Notes: generated by a model not told the origin, from the letters alone. Positions 16,814 to 26,491 are shown, counted from the first letter of the stretch. The stretch is 64,000 nt of DNA from Lentisphaerota bacterium (GCA_015061915.1 SUVR01000001.1:156991-220990); one strand, 5' to 3'. Made by a program: numbers and translations.

Positions 16814-17113
16814 TCACGGGATATACGGTTCGATCTTTTCCGGTACGGAACGGAGAGATTCCGCCTTTTCCGGAATCGTGCGGATCGTTTCCACTTTTTC
16901 CGGGATCCGGAGCGATTCCACTTTGCCCGGAATGGCTTGGAGTTTTTCCGCGGCTTCGGGATTTTTTTTGTAGAAATACAGGGCGACCGCAGCGAGGATG
17001 ATCAATACCGTCAGCAGAGTCATCAGGCAGCAGAACAACTGCTTGATCGGAAAGAGGACGATCTTCAGAAGTATTTTCGGGATAAAGAGAAAAATTTTCA
17101 GCAGACAGCCCAT
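16814..17113 (-). CDS. Small membrane protein with a C-terminal tandem IPEK-x-E-x-x-R repeat
   Basis: The start was moved to the ATG at 17113, which has an AAGGA upstream. The hydrophobic N-terminal part has room for two TM helices. The tail is IPGKVESLR-IPEKVETIR-TIPEKAESLR-SVPEKIEPY. Confidence 0.6.
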   Translation of the reverse strand: MGCLLKIFLFIPKILLKIVLFPIKQLFCCLMTLLTVLIILAAVALYFYKKNPEAAEKLQAIPGKVESLRIPEKVETIRTIPEKAESLRSVPEKIEPYIP

Positions 17114-17253
17114 TCGATTTCCTTGTTGATTCAAGATTTTCTTTTTCAGGTGCAATGTAGCACAGAAATCAGTTGTTTGCAAGCGAATGAAACGTTTTTC
17201 TGTCGTTTTGTTGAATTAGAAGTTCAAAAATCCGGTAAAGTGACGAACCGGAT

Positions 17254-17282
17254 TTGCAATTTTGATCGTTCCGGGGTATAGT
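17254..17282 (+). promoter_or_regulatory. Candidate promoter of aat
   Basis: TTGCAA (17254-17259), a 17-nt spacer, then TATAGT (17277-17282). Confidence 0.5.
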
Positions 17283-17304
17283 GTGCCGATCAGAAGGAAA
17301 GAAA

Positions 17305-18024
17305 ATGAACGAAAATTATACATTATATGCCGTGCCGGAAAACGATGAAGGGATCGTGGCGATCTCTGCCGATCTGAATACCGATATGCTCCGGACTGCA
17401 TATTGGAATGGATTTTTTCCCTGGCCCTGTGAAGAGAGAAATGTACTTTGGAGTTTCCCGGATCCCCGGGGCATCCTGCCGGTGGCGGATCTGCATATCC
17501 CCCACGGCGTCAAACGGGAACTGAAAAAATATCACCGGACTTTTGAACTGCGGATCGATACTGCTTTTGATGATGTGATCCGTGCCTGCGCAGCGGCGGA
17601 GCGACACGGACAGGATGGCACTTGGATCACCCGGAAACTGGTTGCCGCCTACGGGCAGTTCCACCGGGAGGGATTCGCGCACAGTTTTGAGGCGTGGCAG
17701 AACGGCAGACTCTGCGGCGGACTTTACGGCGTTTCGCTGGGCAGGATCTTCTGCGGAGAAAGTATGTTCTTCAACGTCAGCGGCGCCTCCAAGTTTGCTT
17801 TCCTCGGCATGATGGATATACTGCAGCACTGCGGTGTGGAACTCATTGATACTCAAATGGTCACGCCTTTGACGGAGTCGTTCGGCGCTGTTGAGATCCC
17901 CGCAGAGGATTACCTGACACGATTGGCTGTTCTGCGGGGTGAGCCGCTGACAACGGATGCGCTCAGGAATGTGCAAGCTGCCGGACCGTTTGCAGCGCCT
18001 CCAGATACAGATCCCAATCGTTGA
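17305..18024 (+). CDS. aat: Leucyl/phenylalanyl-tRNA--protein transferase
   Basis: The motifs YWNGFFPW, FELRIDTAFDDVIRACA, GGLYGVSLGRIFCGESMF and LIDTQ are typical of Aat. The ATG at 17305 has an AAGGAAAG upstream. Confidence 0.9.
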   Translation: MNENYTLYAVPENDEGIVAISADLNTDMLRTAYWNGFFPWPCEERNVLWSFPDPRGILPVADLHIPHGVKRELKKYHRTFELRIDTAFDDVIRACAAAERHGQDGTWITRKLVAAYGQFHREGFAHSFEAWQNGRLCGGLYGVSLGRIFCGESMFFNVSGASKFAFLGMMDILQHCGVELIDTQMVTPLTESFGAVEIPAEDYLTRLAVLRGEPLTTDALRNVQAAGPFAAPPDTDPNR

Positions 18025-18072
18025 GATGCTCGATCAGCAGATCTTTCCTTTATTTTGATCAGATTTGTTGTT

Positions 18073-19809
18073 TTATTGTTCTTCCGGACCTTCTTCCATC
18101 CAGTGATTGTAAAGTTCTTCGCCGCGCCACATCCCTTTCAGGAATGCCTGATGCGCTGTTTCCGCACTGACCCATTCATGGATGCGGGTGAAGCCGTAAG
18201 CACGCCATTCCGTGAAGAAAGCATTGAGCTCGGCGGTGTCCGTATTGCCTTGCAACATAGCTTTCCGTTTCAAACGCAGATATTGAGGACAGAACTGTAC
18301 TTTCCGGACCCGGACGGACCGGAGGATGTCGCCCGCCACGGCATCGGCGGCGCGCTGCAGAATGGCGTCGTACTGATCCAGCATATCTTCCGCGAGGAAT
18401 GCTTTTTCCGGGCGGTCATTGAAGCCCACGTGGATATCTTCATCCTCACATTTTCTGCAGACCAGTTCCATATATTCCCGGATCATAGGAGCGGCGGCGC
18501 CGTAGTAATAGTCCAGAAATTCGGTGATGTGTTTTTCCGCATCGCAGTAGGGATCCCACAACAGTTTGGAAATCAGATACTGCCGCAGTTCCACCAGATC
18601 CGGACCGCCGCCGATCTGGGAGTTGCCCTGTTCAAATACGCCCTTTACATTGTTTTCCACCAGTGTCTGCAGGTTGGGCTGGAGCGTATGCCAGTTGGGA
18701 TGGGGCGCAGGATAATGGCTGAAACTGGTCACATAGTCCCAGATGTACAAACGGTCGCAGACTTTTCCCCACGCCCGGAGGTCCGTCACAAAATCGGAGC
18801 GGGTGCCGTCCGGATGCTCCACGCCTCTCGTGGTATCGCTGCACTTGCCGAAGGGATGGGAGAAACAGCACTCAATGGAGCAGAGCCGCACGCACACATT
18901 GGGACGGGGGTTCGTCTTGACCGGCGCAGGGCGGGTGTACTGATATGCCAATGTATCAAAAATCACTTCCGGAAATTCATCTTTCAAGGCATCGGCAATG
19001 GCATTGACGAACCGCAGGAGCGTCCCGGCGGGCGAACCTTCCTCCCGGTCAACGGCAAGGCATTTCTCACACTGACAGTTGGTGCAGTTGTCCAGCTGGG
19101 AGATGGAGATGATCCGGCAATCCGGTTTTGCCAGCAAAGTTTTACGCACATTTTCAATGGCGATCTGCAATACTTCCGGATTCGTGAGACAACGCTGGTT
19201 GATATGGGGATTTTCCGGCAGAAACCGTTTGCCGTCGATCAGCGGGAAATATTCCGGGTGACTTTCCGCATAAAGTTTCTGGGGGATCAGCGTCTCCAGC
19301 GTGTGGACAAACAGCGCATATTTCATGGAAGACCCGAATTTTTCCGGAATATTGCCGCCGTTGATGCGGGATTTGACTGCAAAGCGTCTGTACCGGCTCA
19401 GGTCGTTGGTATTGTGCAGACGGTATTCCAGGATCGGTTTCTGTGTTTCGGAAAGTTCCGGCAGCACAAGGTTTTCACAGACGGGGATCTTTTCATCCAG
19501 CGGCGTGAAGAACCGGCAGCCCAGTTTTCCCAGAAACTCATAGACCCCGTAGATCACACCCCGGATTCCGCCGGTGATGTCGAGTCCGGCGTCTGAAGTT
19601 TGCAGGGTAAAGGTGTCGTATCCCTGCTCATCCTGACGGGAAATCCGGATACGGGGAGAATCCGTGACCGGTTCGGTGACGATGTCAAAGACCGCCCCGG
19701 TGATCATTTCCAGATAGTGTTTCAGTTCCTTTGCGGCGTAACAGGTCTGGGCATTGCTGTCCCCCTGTTCGATCTTCATCAAGGCAAGGCGTTTTTCTGC
19801 AAGAAGCAT
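18073..19809 (-). CDS. DUF4838-like glycoside-hydrolase-related protein
   Basis: The start was set to the ATG at 19809, which has a GAGGAGGG Shine-Dalgarno. The N-terminus AAKELKHYLEMITG...GGIRGVIYGVYEFLGKLGCRFF matches my memory of DUF4838 proteins. Confidence 0.65.
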   Translation of the reverse strand: MLLAEKRLALMKIEQGDSNAQTCYAAKELKHYLEMITGAVFDIVTEPVTDSPRIRISRQDEQGYDTFTLQTSDAGLDITGGIRGVIYGVYEFLGKLGCRFFTPLDEKIPVCENLVLPELSETQKPILEYRLHNTNDLSRYRRFAVKSRINGGNIPEKFGSSMKYALFVHTLETLIPQKLYAESHPEYFPLIDGKRFLPENPHINQRCLTNPEVLQIAIENVRKTLLAKPDCRIISISQLDNCTNCQCEKCLAVDREEGSPAGTLLRFVNAIADALKDEFPEVIFDTLAYQYTRPAPVKTNPRPNVCVRLCSIECCFSHPFGKCSDTTRGVEHPDGTRSDFVTDLRAWGKVCDRLYIWDYVTSFSHYPAPHPNWHTLQPNLQTLVENNVKGVFEQGNSQIGGGPDLVELRQYLISKLLWDPYCDAEKHITEFLDYYYGAAAPMIREYMELVCRKCEDEDIHVGFNDRPEKAFLAEDMLDQYDAILQRAADAVAGDILRSVRVRKVQFCPQYLRLKRKAMLQGNTDTAELNAFFTEWRAYGFTRIHEWVSAETAHQAFLKGMWRGEELYNHWMEEGPEEQ

Positions 19810-19849
19810 GGAAACCCTCCTCATGTGTTGCAAGGATATGATTTACAGG

Positions 19850-19892
19850 GGGAAGGGCGGATTTGCCGCACCTTCCCGTTTTGGATTTTTTT
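19850..19892. terminator. Strong hairpin with a T-tract between the fabZ-fabZ end and the DUF4838-like gene start
   Basis: GGGAAGGGCGG (19850-19860) pairs with CCGCACCTTCCC (19866-19877) with one bulge. GTTTTGGATTTTTTT follows on the plus strand. The U-tract faces the wrong way for the minus-strand operon, so its function is uncertain. Confidence 0.4.
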
Positions 19893-19900
19893 GTAAGGGA

Positions 19901-20821
19901 TCAGGCGTCCACGATCGCAAAGGTCAGGTTGGTCTTGGAGATGACCTTGTCATCCACATAGAGGTAACCTTCGCCCTTGCCGAAACGCTTGGTTGTATCC
20001 GGGATCTCCACTTCCAGACGCATCTGGTCGCCGGGGAGAACGGCACCGTAGAAGTCGGTGCGGTCAATGCCCATGAAGTAGGCGAGTTTGCCCTTGTTGG
20101 CTTCATTGGTGAGCATGTGGACACAGCCCGCCTGCGCTACGATCTCCGGATGAACGGAACCGGAAAGCACGCTGTAACCGTCTTTGTAGATACGGAATGC
20201 CGGATCGGAGGCAGTACCGTTCTTCACGCCGGTGAAGTGGCAGCCGTCGATCTTCGCCACATAGTCCACAAAGAGGAAGGGGAAGCGGTGGGGAATGTAC
20301 TGCATGACCTGATCCACGTTGAGGGCGATCTCCGCAGTTTTATCGAACTCATTGAAGAGAGCGGGCATGGCGATTTCCGTGATCTTTTCCCGGATACCCA
20401 TAACCAGTTCGCCCTGACAGGCAAGACCGGCGTTGTTGGTGACCGTGGCAACGATGGTGGCTTCTTCCGTGGTGATCGCAGTGACTTTCACATCGATCAG
20501 CATACGGTCGCCCGGTTCGTTGGGCTTGCGGAACTTCACTTTGCTGATGCTCTTGATGTAAAGGTCATATTTCCGTTCCGGGTCCAGCCGTTCCCATACG
20601 GCGATTTCCGCCAGCTGTGCCATAGCTTCCACCTGAAGCACGCCCGGCATGATCGGGTGCGCAGGGAAGTGCCCCACAAAGTGCGGTTCGGTGATCGTCA
20701 CTGCCTTGAGGGCAACATAGTGATCTTCGTCCAGTTTCTGCACACGGTCAAGGAAGAGAAAACCGTTCTGGCAGGGCAGGATCTCGCGGATCTCGGGGAG
20801 GGTGATGATTCGTTCAGACAT
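19901..20821 (-). CDS. fabZ: Tandem double-hotdog 3-hydroxyacyl-ACP dehydratase (FabZ-FabZ)
   Basis: Domain 1 carries the catalytic motif HFVGHFPAHPIMPGVLQVEAMAQ. Domain 2 starts with the canonical IPHRFPFLFVDYV but has AFRIYKDGYSVLSGSVHPEIVAQAG where the His motif should be. It lies directly downstream of lpxC. Confidence 0.85.
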   Translation of the reverse strand: MSERIITLPEIREILPCQNGFLFLDRVQKLDEDHYVALKAVTITEPHFVGHFPAHPIMPGVLQVEAMAQLAEIAVWERLDPERKYDLYIKSISKVKFRKPNEPGDRMLIDVKVTAITTEEATIVATVTNNAGLACQGELVMGIREKITEIAMPALFNEFDKTAEIALNVDQVMQYIPHRFPFLFVDYVAKIDGCHFTGVKNGTASDPAFRIYKDGYSVLSGSVHPEIVAQAGCVHMLTNEANKGKLAYFMGIDRTDFYGAVLPGDQMRLEVEIPDTTKRFGKGEGYLYVDDKVISKTNLTFAIVDA

Positions 20822-20867
20822 GTTAAATCCTTTCGTTTTGCGGAAAGTTGATCTTGTTTTCGATTGC

Positions 20868-21731
20868 TTATTTTTTACCGGCAGCCAGTTCCTGCTGACG
20901 CATCAGCTGTGCCAGCTTGACATGGGTCGGGTGACCGGATTTGACCGAGAGAACGTGTGCTTTCACACGCTTGCCAACAAGAAACAGGTCTCCTGTCATA
21001 TCCATCATTTTGTGGCGGACCAGTTCGTTGGGGTAGCGCATCCCTTCTTTGCAGATGATGGCGCCATCGTGCATCAGAATGGCGTTGTCCAGACTGCCGC
21101 CCTTCGCCAGACCGGCGGCGATGACCTGTTCCAGTTCCCGGTAGATCGCAAAGGTGCGGGCGCGGGAAAGTTCTTTCGCAAAAGTCTCCGTGTTGACCAC
21201 GGTGGAGAAGTATTGCAGATCCAGCGGGGTGGCACCGAATTCCACGGTGAACGTGATCTTGAAGTCGTCTGCGGGGAGCAGGGCGAGGGTGGAGGCGCCG
21301 TCTTCAAACACGATCGGCGCAGTGCCGGTCCAGTATTCGGCGGGGGCGTTCTGCGGTTGGATCCCGGCATTCTGGATCATATCAAAGTACGGTCCGGCAG
21401 AGCCATCGGCAATGGGCGGTTCGGGTCCGTCCATCTCCACAATGGCGTTATCCACATTGCTGGCATGGAGCGCCGCCATGATGTGTTCGATCGTGACCAC
21501 AAAAGCGCCGGTCTCCCGGGAGGCGATCGTGGTGGCGCGGCGGACGTCGATCACATTTTCCACCACAGCTTTGACTTCCGGTCTGCCCGGCATATCCACC
21601 CGGCGGAAAATGATTCCTGTATTTTCCGGAGCCGGCAGAATACTCAAGTTTGCCCGCGCCCCGGTATGCAGTGCGATCCCCGTGATCGAACTGGCGGTTT
21701 TTACCGTATTCTGCATATCCATAAGCTTCAA
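20868..21731 (-). CDS. lpxC: UDP-3-O-acyl-N-acetylglucosamine deacetylase
   Basis: The segments TGIALHTGARANLSILPA..TGIIFRRVD and TIEHIMAALH, plus the C-terminal HPTHVKLA, are typical of LpxC. Confidence 0.93.
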   Translation of the reverse strand: MKLMDMQNTVKTASSITGIALHTGARANLSILPAPENTGIIFRRVDMPGRPEVKAVVENVIDVRRATTIASRETGAFVVTIEHIMAALHASNVDNAIVEMDGPEPPIADGSAGPYFDMIQNAGIQPQNAPAEYWTGTAPIVFEDGASTLALLPADDFKITFTVEFGATPLDLQYFSTVVNTETFAKELSRARTFAIYRELEQVIAAGLAKGGSLDNAILMHDGAIICKEGMRYPNELVRHKMMDMTGDLFLVGKRVKAHVLSVKSGHPTHVKLAQLMRQQELAAGKK

Positions 21732-21861
21732 TCTCTCTGTTGTATCAAGTTTTTTCGTATTTTTTTCATAATTTACTCCATTTTGGGATGATTACCAGTC
21801 CAAACGGGTGTATATTTAAAAAAATAACGAAAAAAACAGAAAAGATAACAGAAAGAAACTG

Positions 21862-22845
21862 ATGAAACAGAAAATCCTGATGGTACTTGGTCCGACTGCC
21901 ACCGGAAAGACCCATTTTGCCGTGAACCTCGCCGCCGCTGTCAACGGTGAGATCATCGGGGCAGACTCCAGACAGGTCTACCGTGGACTGGATATCGGCA
22001 GCGGAAAAGATATTTCGGAATATACCCTGCCGGATGGAACACAGGTGCCTTATCACCTGATCGATGTCGCCGATGCCAATGATGAATATACACTGGCAGA
22101 TTTTCTGACCGATTCCGACCGGTCGATCAACGAGATCTGCGTCCGGAATGCCGTGCCTGTTGTTGCCGGTGGAACTGCCCTCTATCTGCACGGTCTGTTG
22201 AGCGCATACAAACTTCACGGCGGCGCACCCGACCCGGACGGACGGGCGGAACTGCGTAAGCTGTCCACGGAAGAACTGATTACTATGTTACGGGAGCTGG
22301 ATCCGGAAAATCCCATCCCGGCGAAAGAGCCGGAAAACCGGATCCGCCTCATCCGCGCCATTGAACTCGCCCGGGGCGGCAATCCGGACCTCGCCAAAGA
22401 ACCGGATCTGCCGGAGGACCGGGAGTACCTGATCTTCGGCGTGCTGCGGGACCGGGAGTCCGTGAGACAGCGCATCGAACAGCGTCTTCGGGACCGGATC
22501 GAAAAGGAAAATATGCTGGAGGAAGCCGTGCGCCTGCACGAACAGGGCGTCTCTTACGAACGGCTGGAATTTCTGGGACTGGAATACCGTCACATGGCGC
22601 TCTACCTTCAGGGAAAAATGACGAAAGAGGAGATGTTTGAGACTCTGCTGGGTAAGATCCGCCAGTTCGCCAAACGGCAGGATTCCTGGTTCCGGAAGTT
22701 GGAGCGGGACGGCTTCCCCATCTACTGGATGAAGCCGGAGGAACTGGACCGCGCCGTGGAACTTGCCAAAACCTTCCTCCGGGGCGGGGATCTCCCGCCT
22801 GTCACTTTCCGCCTCTCCGACGTGAACTACGGATACTGCAAGTAA
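21862..22845 (+). CDS. miaA: tRNA dimethylallyltransferase
   Basis: The P-loop is GPTATGKT. The segments GADSRQVYRGLDIGSGK and TLADF match MiaA. Confidence 0.92.
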   Translation: MKQKILMVLGPTATGKTHFAVNLAAAVNGEIIGADSRQVYRGLDIGSGKDISEYTLPDGTQVPYHLIDVADANDEYTLADFLTDSDRSINEICVRNAVPVVAGGTALYLHGLLSAYKLHGGAPDPDGRAELRKLSTEELITMLRELDPENPIPAKEPENRIRLIRAIELARGGNPDLAKEPDLPEDREYLIFGVLRDRESVRQRIEQRLRDRIEKENMLEEAVRLHEQGVSYERLEFLGLEYRHMALYLQGKMTKEEMFETLLGKIRQFAKRQDSWFRKLERDGFPIYWMKPEELDRAVELAKTFLRGGDLPPVTFRLSDVNYGYCK

Positions 22846-22887
22846 GGCGGAATGCGGAAGGCGGAAGGCGGAAGGCGGAAGGCGGAA
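22846..22887. repeat. Heptanucleotide microsatellite, (GGCGGAA) x6 with one variant TGCGGAA
   Basis: Read directly from the sequence. It fills the convergent gap between the miaA stop (22845) and the ABC exporter stop (22892). Confidence 0.95.
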
Positions 22888-22891
22888 GAAG

Positions 22892-24595
22892 TTAAATCTT
22901 CACGATGCGGTCGCAGTAGCGCAGGCTTTCCTGTCGGTGAGCGATCATGAGGATGGCTGTTTTGCCGTGGAGGTTGCGGAGAGCGTCGATAAATGCGTTT
23001 TCGGTTTCGCTGTCCAGCGCGCTGGTGGCTTCGTCCAGAATGAGGAGCGCCGGATCCCGGTAGAGGGCACGGGCAATGGCAAGACGCTGGCGTTGTCCGC
23101 CGGAAAGTTTTGCTCCGGATTCGCCGATCACGCTGTTTAATCCATCCGGCAGAGCGAGTGCGAAATCCAGCAGTTGCGCCGTTTCCAGGCAGGATTTGAC
23201 TTTTTCCAAATCGATTGCTTCCGGTTCCACGCCGAACGCCACATTTTCCGCCACCGATCCGTTGAGCAGAAAGATGTTCTGCGGTACACAGCCGATCTGT
23301 TTCTGCCATGCCGGGAGGTTCTCCTGAATGTCGATCCCGTCCACCGTGACTTTCCCCGCATCCGGCGTCAGAAAACCGGCAGCGATGTGTGCCAGCGTGG
23401 ACTTCCCCGCGCCGGTGGTGCCGACCAGTGCCACAGCCTCCTGTCTGCCCAGCGTCAGACTGAATTTATCCAGAATGACCGGTGTTTCCGGGGAGTACCG
23501 GAAAGAGATGTCTTCCAGTTTCAGTTCTTTCCGGAATGTGAGATCTGTTCCGTTTTCCGGGGCGGCTTTCTCCTGCGGAAAACCGGTCAGGTCCTTCGAT
23601 AAAACATCGAACAAATGTTTGTATGTCCGGATGTGAAGCATATTGTACTGGATCCGGGAGACACCGGGCATCAGCCGGACGAACGCCGCGGCAAAAAAGG
23701 CGGCGCCTGCCGCCGTGCTGCCGGAAAATGTCTTTCCGGAAAGGACCGCGATCACGATCACACCCATCAACAGGATCACACCGAAAGTTTCCATGGCGAA
23801 CCGGGGCATCTGTCCGCAGTCGGAGGAGCGTTTCTGGCGGTCGGAGCGACATTCCTGCACGTTCCGGAAGCGTTTGCTGAAGTATTCCTGCGTGCGGGTG
23901 AGACGGATCATGCCCAGCGATCCGAACACCTGACTCAGCAGAGAGAACATTCCTTCCGCCGCCTCATGATTCTCCTTTCCGTACCGTTCGATCCGGCGCT
24001 TGACCGGCAGATAGAACAGGAAAAACGCTGCAAGTGCAGCGACCAGCACAAAGCAGGCGGCAAGAGGTTCCATCAGCAGGATCGTGATCCCGATGACGGC
24101 AAACACGCACAATTCGGTCCAGACAAAGAGCAGGGGCAGAAAAAGCTCACTGGAAAACTCCTGCGCCCGGTTGAGCCGCAGTGTCAGAGCGGAACTTTCC
24201 ATGCCGGTAAAGACCTGATACGGCACATTGAGATACCGTTTGAACAGCCGGTCCGCAATGTTGTTGGAAAGGCGCATGGCAAAGGTGGATTGCGCTTTGA
24301 TCTGAAGAATGGCAAAACCGTTTTTCAGCAGATAAAAAAGAGCGATCCCCCCGGCACAGAGATAGATGAACTGTTCCGGCGAACCCGCGCGGCTGAATTG
24401 ATACAACCTGCTGAACACGCCGGAACCTTCCTGTAATGCCTGCGGATCGGTGAACGCCATCACGGCGGGCATAAGCATTGCCAGCCCTGCCAGTTCCAGA
24501 AAGGCGGCAAGGACCATCAGCACAAGCAGCAGAACCGCCTGCCACTTGAGGACAGGCGGGAGCAGGATTCGCAGTTTGTTCAGCAGTTTGATCAT
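22892..24595 (-). CDS. ABC exporter with fused permease and ATPase, PglK/MsbA-like
   Basis: The N-terminal half is a transmembrane domain. Walker A is GTTGAGKST, the signature is LSGGQRQR and Walker B is LILDEATS. The N-terminal and RLMPGVSRI segments resemble my memory of PglK-type flippases. There is no C39 peptidase domain. Confidence 0.85.
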   Translation of the reverse strand: MIKLLNKLRILLPPVLKWQAVLLLVLMVLAAFLELAGLAMLMPAVMAFTDPQALQEGSGVFSRLYQFSRAGSPEQFIYLCAGGIALFYLLKNGFAILQIKAQSTFAMRLSNNIADRLFKRYLNVPYQVFTGMESSALTLRLNRAQEFSSELFLPLLFVWTELCVFAVIGITILLMEPLAACFVLVAALAAFFLFYLPVKRRIERYGKENHEAAEGMFSLLSQVFGSLGMIRLTRTQEYFSKRFRNVQECRSDRQKRSSDCGQMPRFAMETFGVILLMGVIVIAVLSGKTFSGSTAAGAAFFAAAFVRLMPGVSRIQYNMLHIRTYKHLFDVLSKDLTGFPQEKAAPENGTDLTFRKELKLEDISFRYSPETPVILDKFSLTLGRQEAVALVGTTGAGKSTLAHIAAGFLTPDAGKVTVDGIDIQENLPAWQKQIGCVPQNIFLLNGSVAENVAFGVEPEAIDLEKVKSCLETAQLLDFALALPDGLNSVIGESGAKLSGGQRQRLAIARALYRDPALLILDEATSALDSETENAFIDALRNLHGKTAILMIAHRQESLRYCDRIVKI

Positions 24596-24637
24596 ATTTT
24601 TGTGAGTTCAGAACACGGCTTCTGCAGAAGCCACTCC

Positions 24638-26440
24638 TTACTTGATGTCGAACGCGTGGATGTACGCTTTGTCAGCGCCCCAGGAGACTTCCGGGATCAG
24701 ACGGATGGCGACGGCTTTTCTGCCGACAGGGATGCGGACCAGACGCTGGAAGTTGTCTTCCACGTATGCCACTTCCTGCCATTCGCCGCCGGGGACGGTC
24801 TGGATCTGGATGGAAAATTCCTTGATGAGGGTATCCGGCAGTTCCACATCCCAGCCGTTTTCGGGATAGTAACATTCCAGACGCTTGATCGCCATATCCC
24901 GCACGTTGCTGTCAAAGACCATACGGGCTTCGGTGATCAGTTCCGGCTGTTCAAAACGGTATTCCACTGCCTTGCCGAAGTCGGTGACGAAACGATAGGG
25001 TTCCAGTCCGGCGTCCGGCACATTTTTCTGCAGTTCCTCCAGGGTGATTTCCTGATCGAGCTTTTTGTCGAGACCCCGGTCGATCCCGTTGCGCAGGACT
25101 TCCGGAGCGATCCCGTAAGAGACTTCTGCGGAAAGTGTTGCGTTTTTGGTGAGATCGGACATCTTACGGGCGTGCCATGGGATCCAGCAGTCGTCATCCA
25201 TGAGCGTTTCCTGCAGTTCGGTGATCTTTTCTTCGTAGATGCCCCGGGGGGAGAGATTGTACTTGACGGCAAGAGCGGCAGCTGTACCGGCAGCCTGACC
25301 GAGGATGGCACAGGTGCCCATAACACGGGTGGAACTCATCGCCATGTGGGTGGCGGAGATGTTTCTGCCGGCAAAGAACAGGTTATCGATGTTCTTCGAG
25401 TAAAGAGACCGGTAAGGGATCCCGTAGGGTTTCGGTGCGGGGTGGAAAATGGTGGGTGCGCCGGGGTGGTAGAACGCAGCCGGATGGTGGTCGTCCATGG
25501 ACCAGCCGCCGTATGCGATCATATCATCAAACTTGCCCTGTTTTTCCACATCGTTCTGTGTCAGCACGTGGTCGCCGATATACCGGATATTTTCCCGTTT
25601 TCCGGGAAGAACGCCGATCCATTCGATCTCGAAGTTTTTGGCGACGCCCTTGCTGCTGTTTTTGGTCAGATCCCAAACACCGAAGATGATTTTCGCCAGT
25701 TCGTCCCGGATCTCTTCTGCGTCAGCGATCGTATCCTGTTCCCCGCCGGTTTCCACCCACCAGAAGTTATCGCGGGCGGAAATGGGGCGGTGATAGCCTT
25801 TTTCTTCAAAGATATGAGCAAACGGCAGAGGTTCAAAGGGTTTATGCACATTGGTGTGCTTGGTCTGGATCAGGATGGAGTTGCCCATTGTCTTGTTGTC
25901 CGCAACTTCCGGAGCGTGACTTTCGTTGTACTCGCTTCTGGCTTCCCGACCGGCACGGAATTCGGCACCGGAGACACGGAGAACGGAGTCGCCGGAGCAG
26001 TCGGCAAAGAATTTTGCGTTGATCGTGTACTGCTTCTGGGTGGTGAGCTGCCAGGCATTGACCGCCTTGATGCGGGAACCGTCCATTTCCACGCCATCGC
26101 AGGAGCAGTTCAGCAGCAGGGTGAGATTTTTCTGACGCTGAACAAAATTGATGAGAATATGGTCCCAGATATTGTACTGGCGTGAGGGATTGTACCGCAT
26201 ATTTTCCAGCTGGATCTCTTCCAGAATACCGGTTTCCTTCAGGTTGATCCCGACGGCACCGCAGATCCACATCCGGATCTCACTGGAGGCGTTCCCGCCG
26301 AGCATGGGGCGATCCTGCACCAGAACCGTTTTTGCACCGTGCCGTGCCGCTGCGACAGCCGCGCAGACACCAGCCATACCGCCGCCGACCACACAGAAAT
26401 CGGCATCCAGCGTCACCTGTTGAAAAGATTTCATATTCAT
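24638..26440 (-). CDS. FAD-dependent oxidoreductase of the type found in PVC/Bacteroidota glycan loci
   Basis: The N-terminus has a Rossmann motif, DFCVVGGGMAGVCAAVAAARHGAKTVLVQDRPMLGGN. The protein is 600 aa and has an AAGGAG Shine-Dalgarno. Confidence 0.8.
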   Translation of the reverse strand: MNMKSFQQVTLDADFCVVGGGMAGVCAAVAAARHGAKTVLVQDRPMLGGNASSEIRMWICGAVGINLKETGILEEIQLENMRYNPSRQYNIWDHILINFVQRQKNLTLLLNCSCDGVEMDGSRIKAVNAWQLTTQKQYTINAKFFADCSGDSVLRVSGAEFRAGREARSEYNESHAPEVADNKTMGNSILIQTKHTNVHKPFEPLPFAHIFEEKGYHRPISARDNFWWVETGGEQDTIADAEEIRDELAKIIFGVWDLTKNSSKGVAKNFEIEWIGVLPGKRENIRYIGDHVLTQNDVEKQGKFDDMIAYGGWSMDDHHPAAFYHPGAPTIFHPAPKPYGIPYRSLYSKNIDNLFFAGRNISATHMAMSSTRVMGTCAILGQAAGTAAALAVKYNLSPRGIYEEKITELQETLMDDDCWIPWHARKMSDLTKNATLSAEVSYGIAPEVLRNGIDRGLDKKLDQEITLEELQKNVPDAGLEPYRFVTDFGKAVEYRFEQPELITEARMVFDSNVRDMAIKRLECYYPENGWDVELPDTLIKEFSIQIQTVPGGEWQEVAYVEDNFQRLVRIPVGRKAVAIRLIPEVSWGADKAYIHAFDIK

Positions 26441-26491
26441 TGCTGTTGACTCCTTAAATCAAACATGACTCCGTTTTTTTGTTGGATTGAT

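Noticed and set aside
22846-22887. Possible CRISPR array
   Set aside because: The repeat unit is only 7 nt long and the copies are contiguous with no spacers. There are no cas genes. It is a microsatellite.
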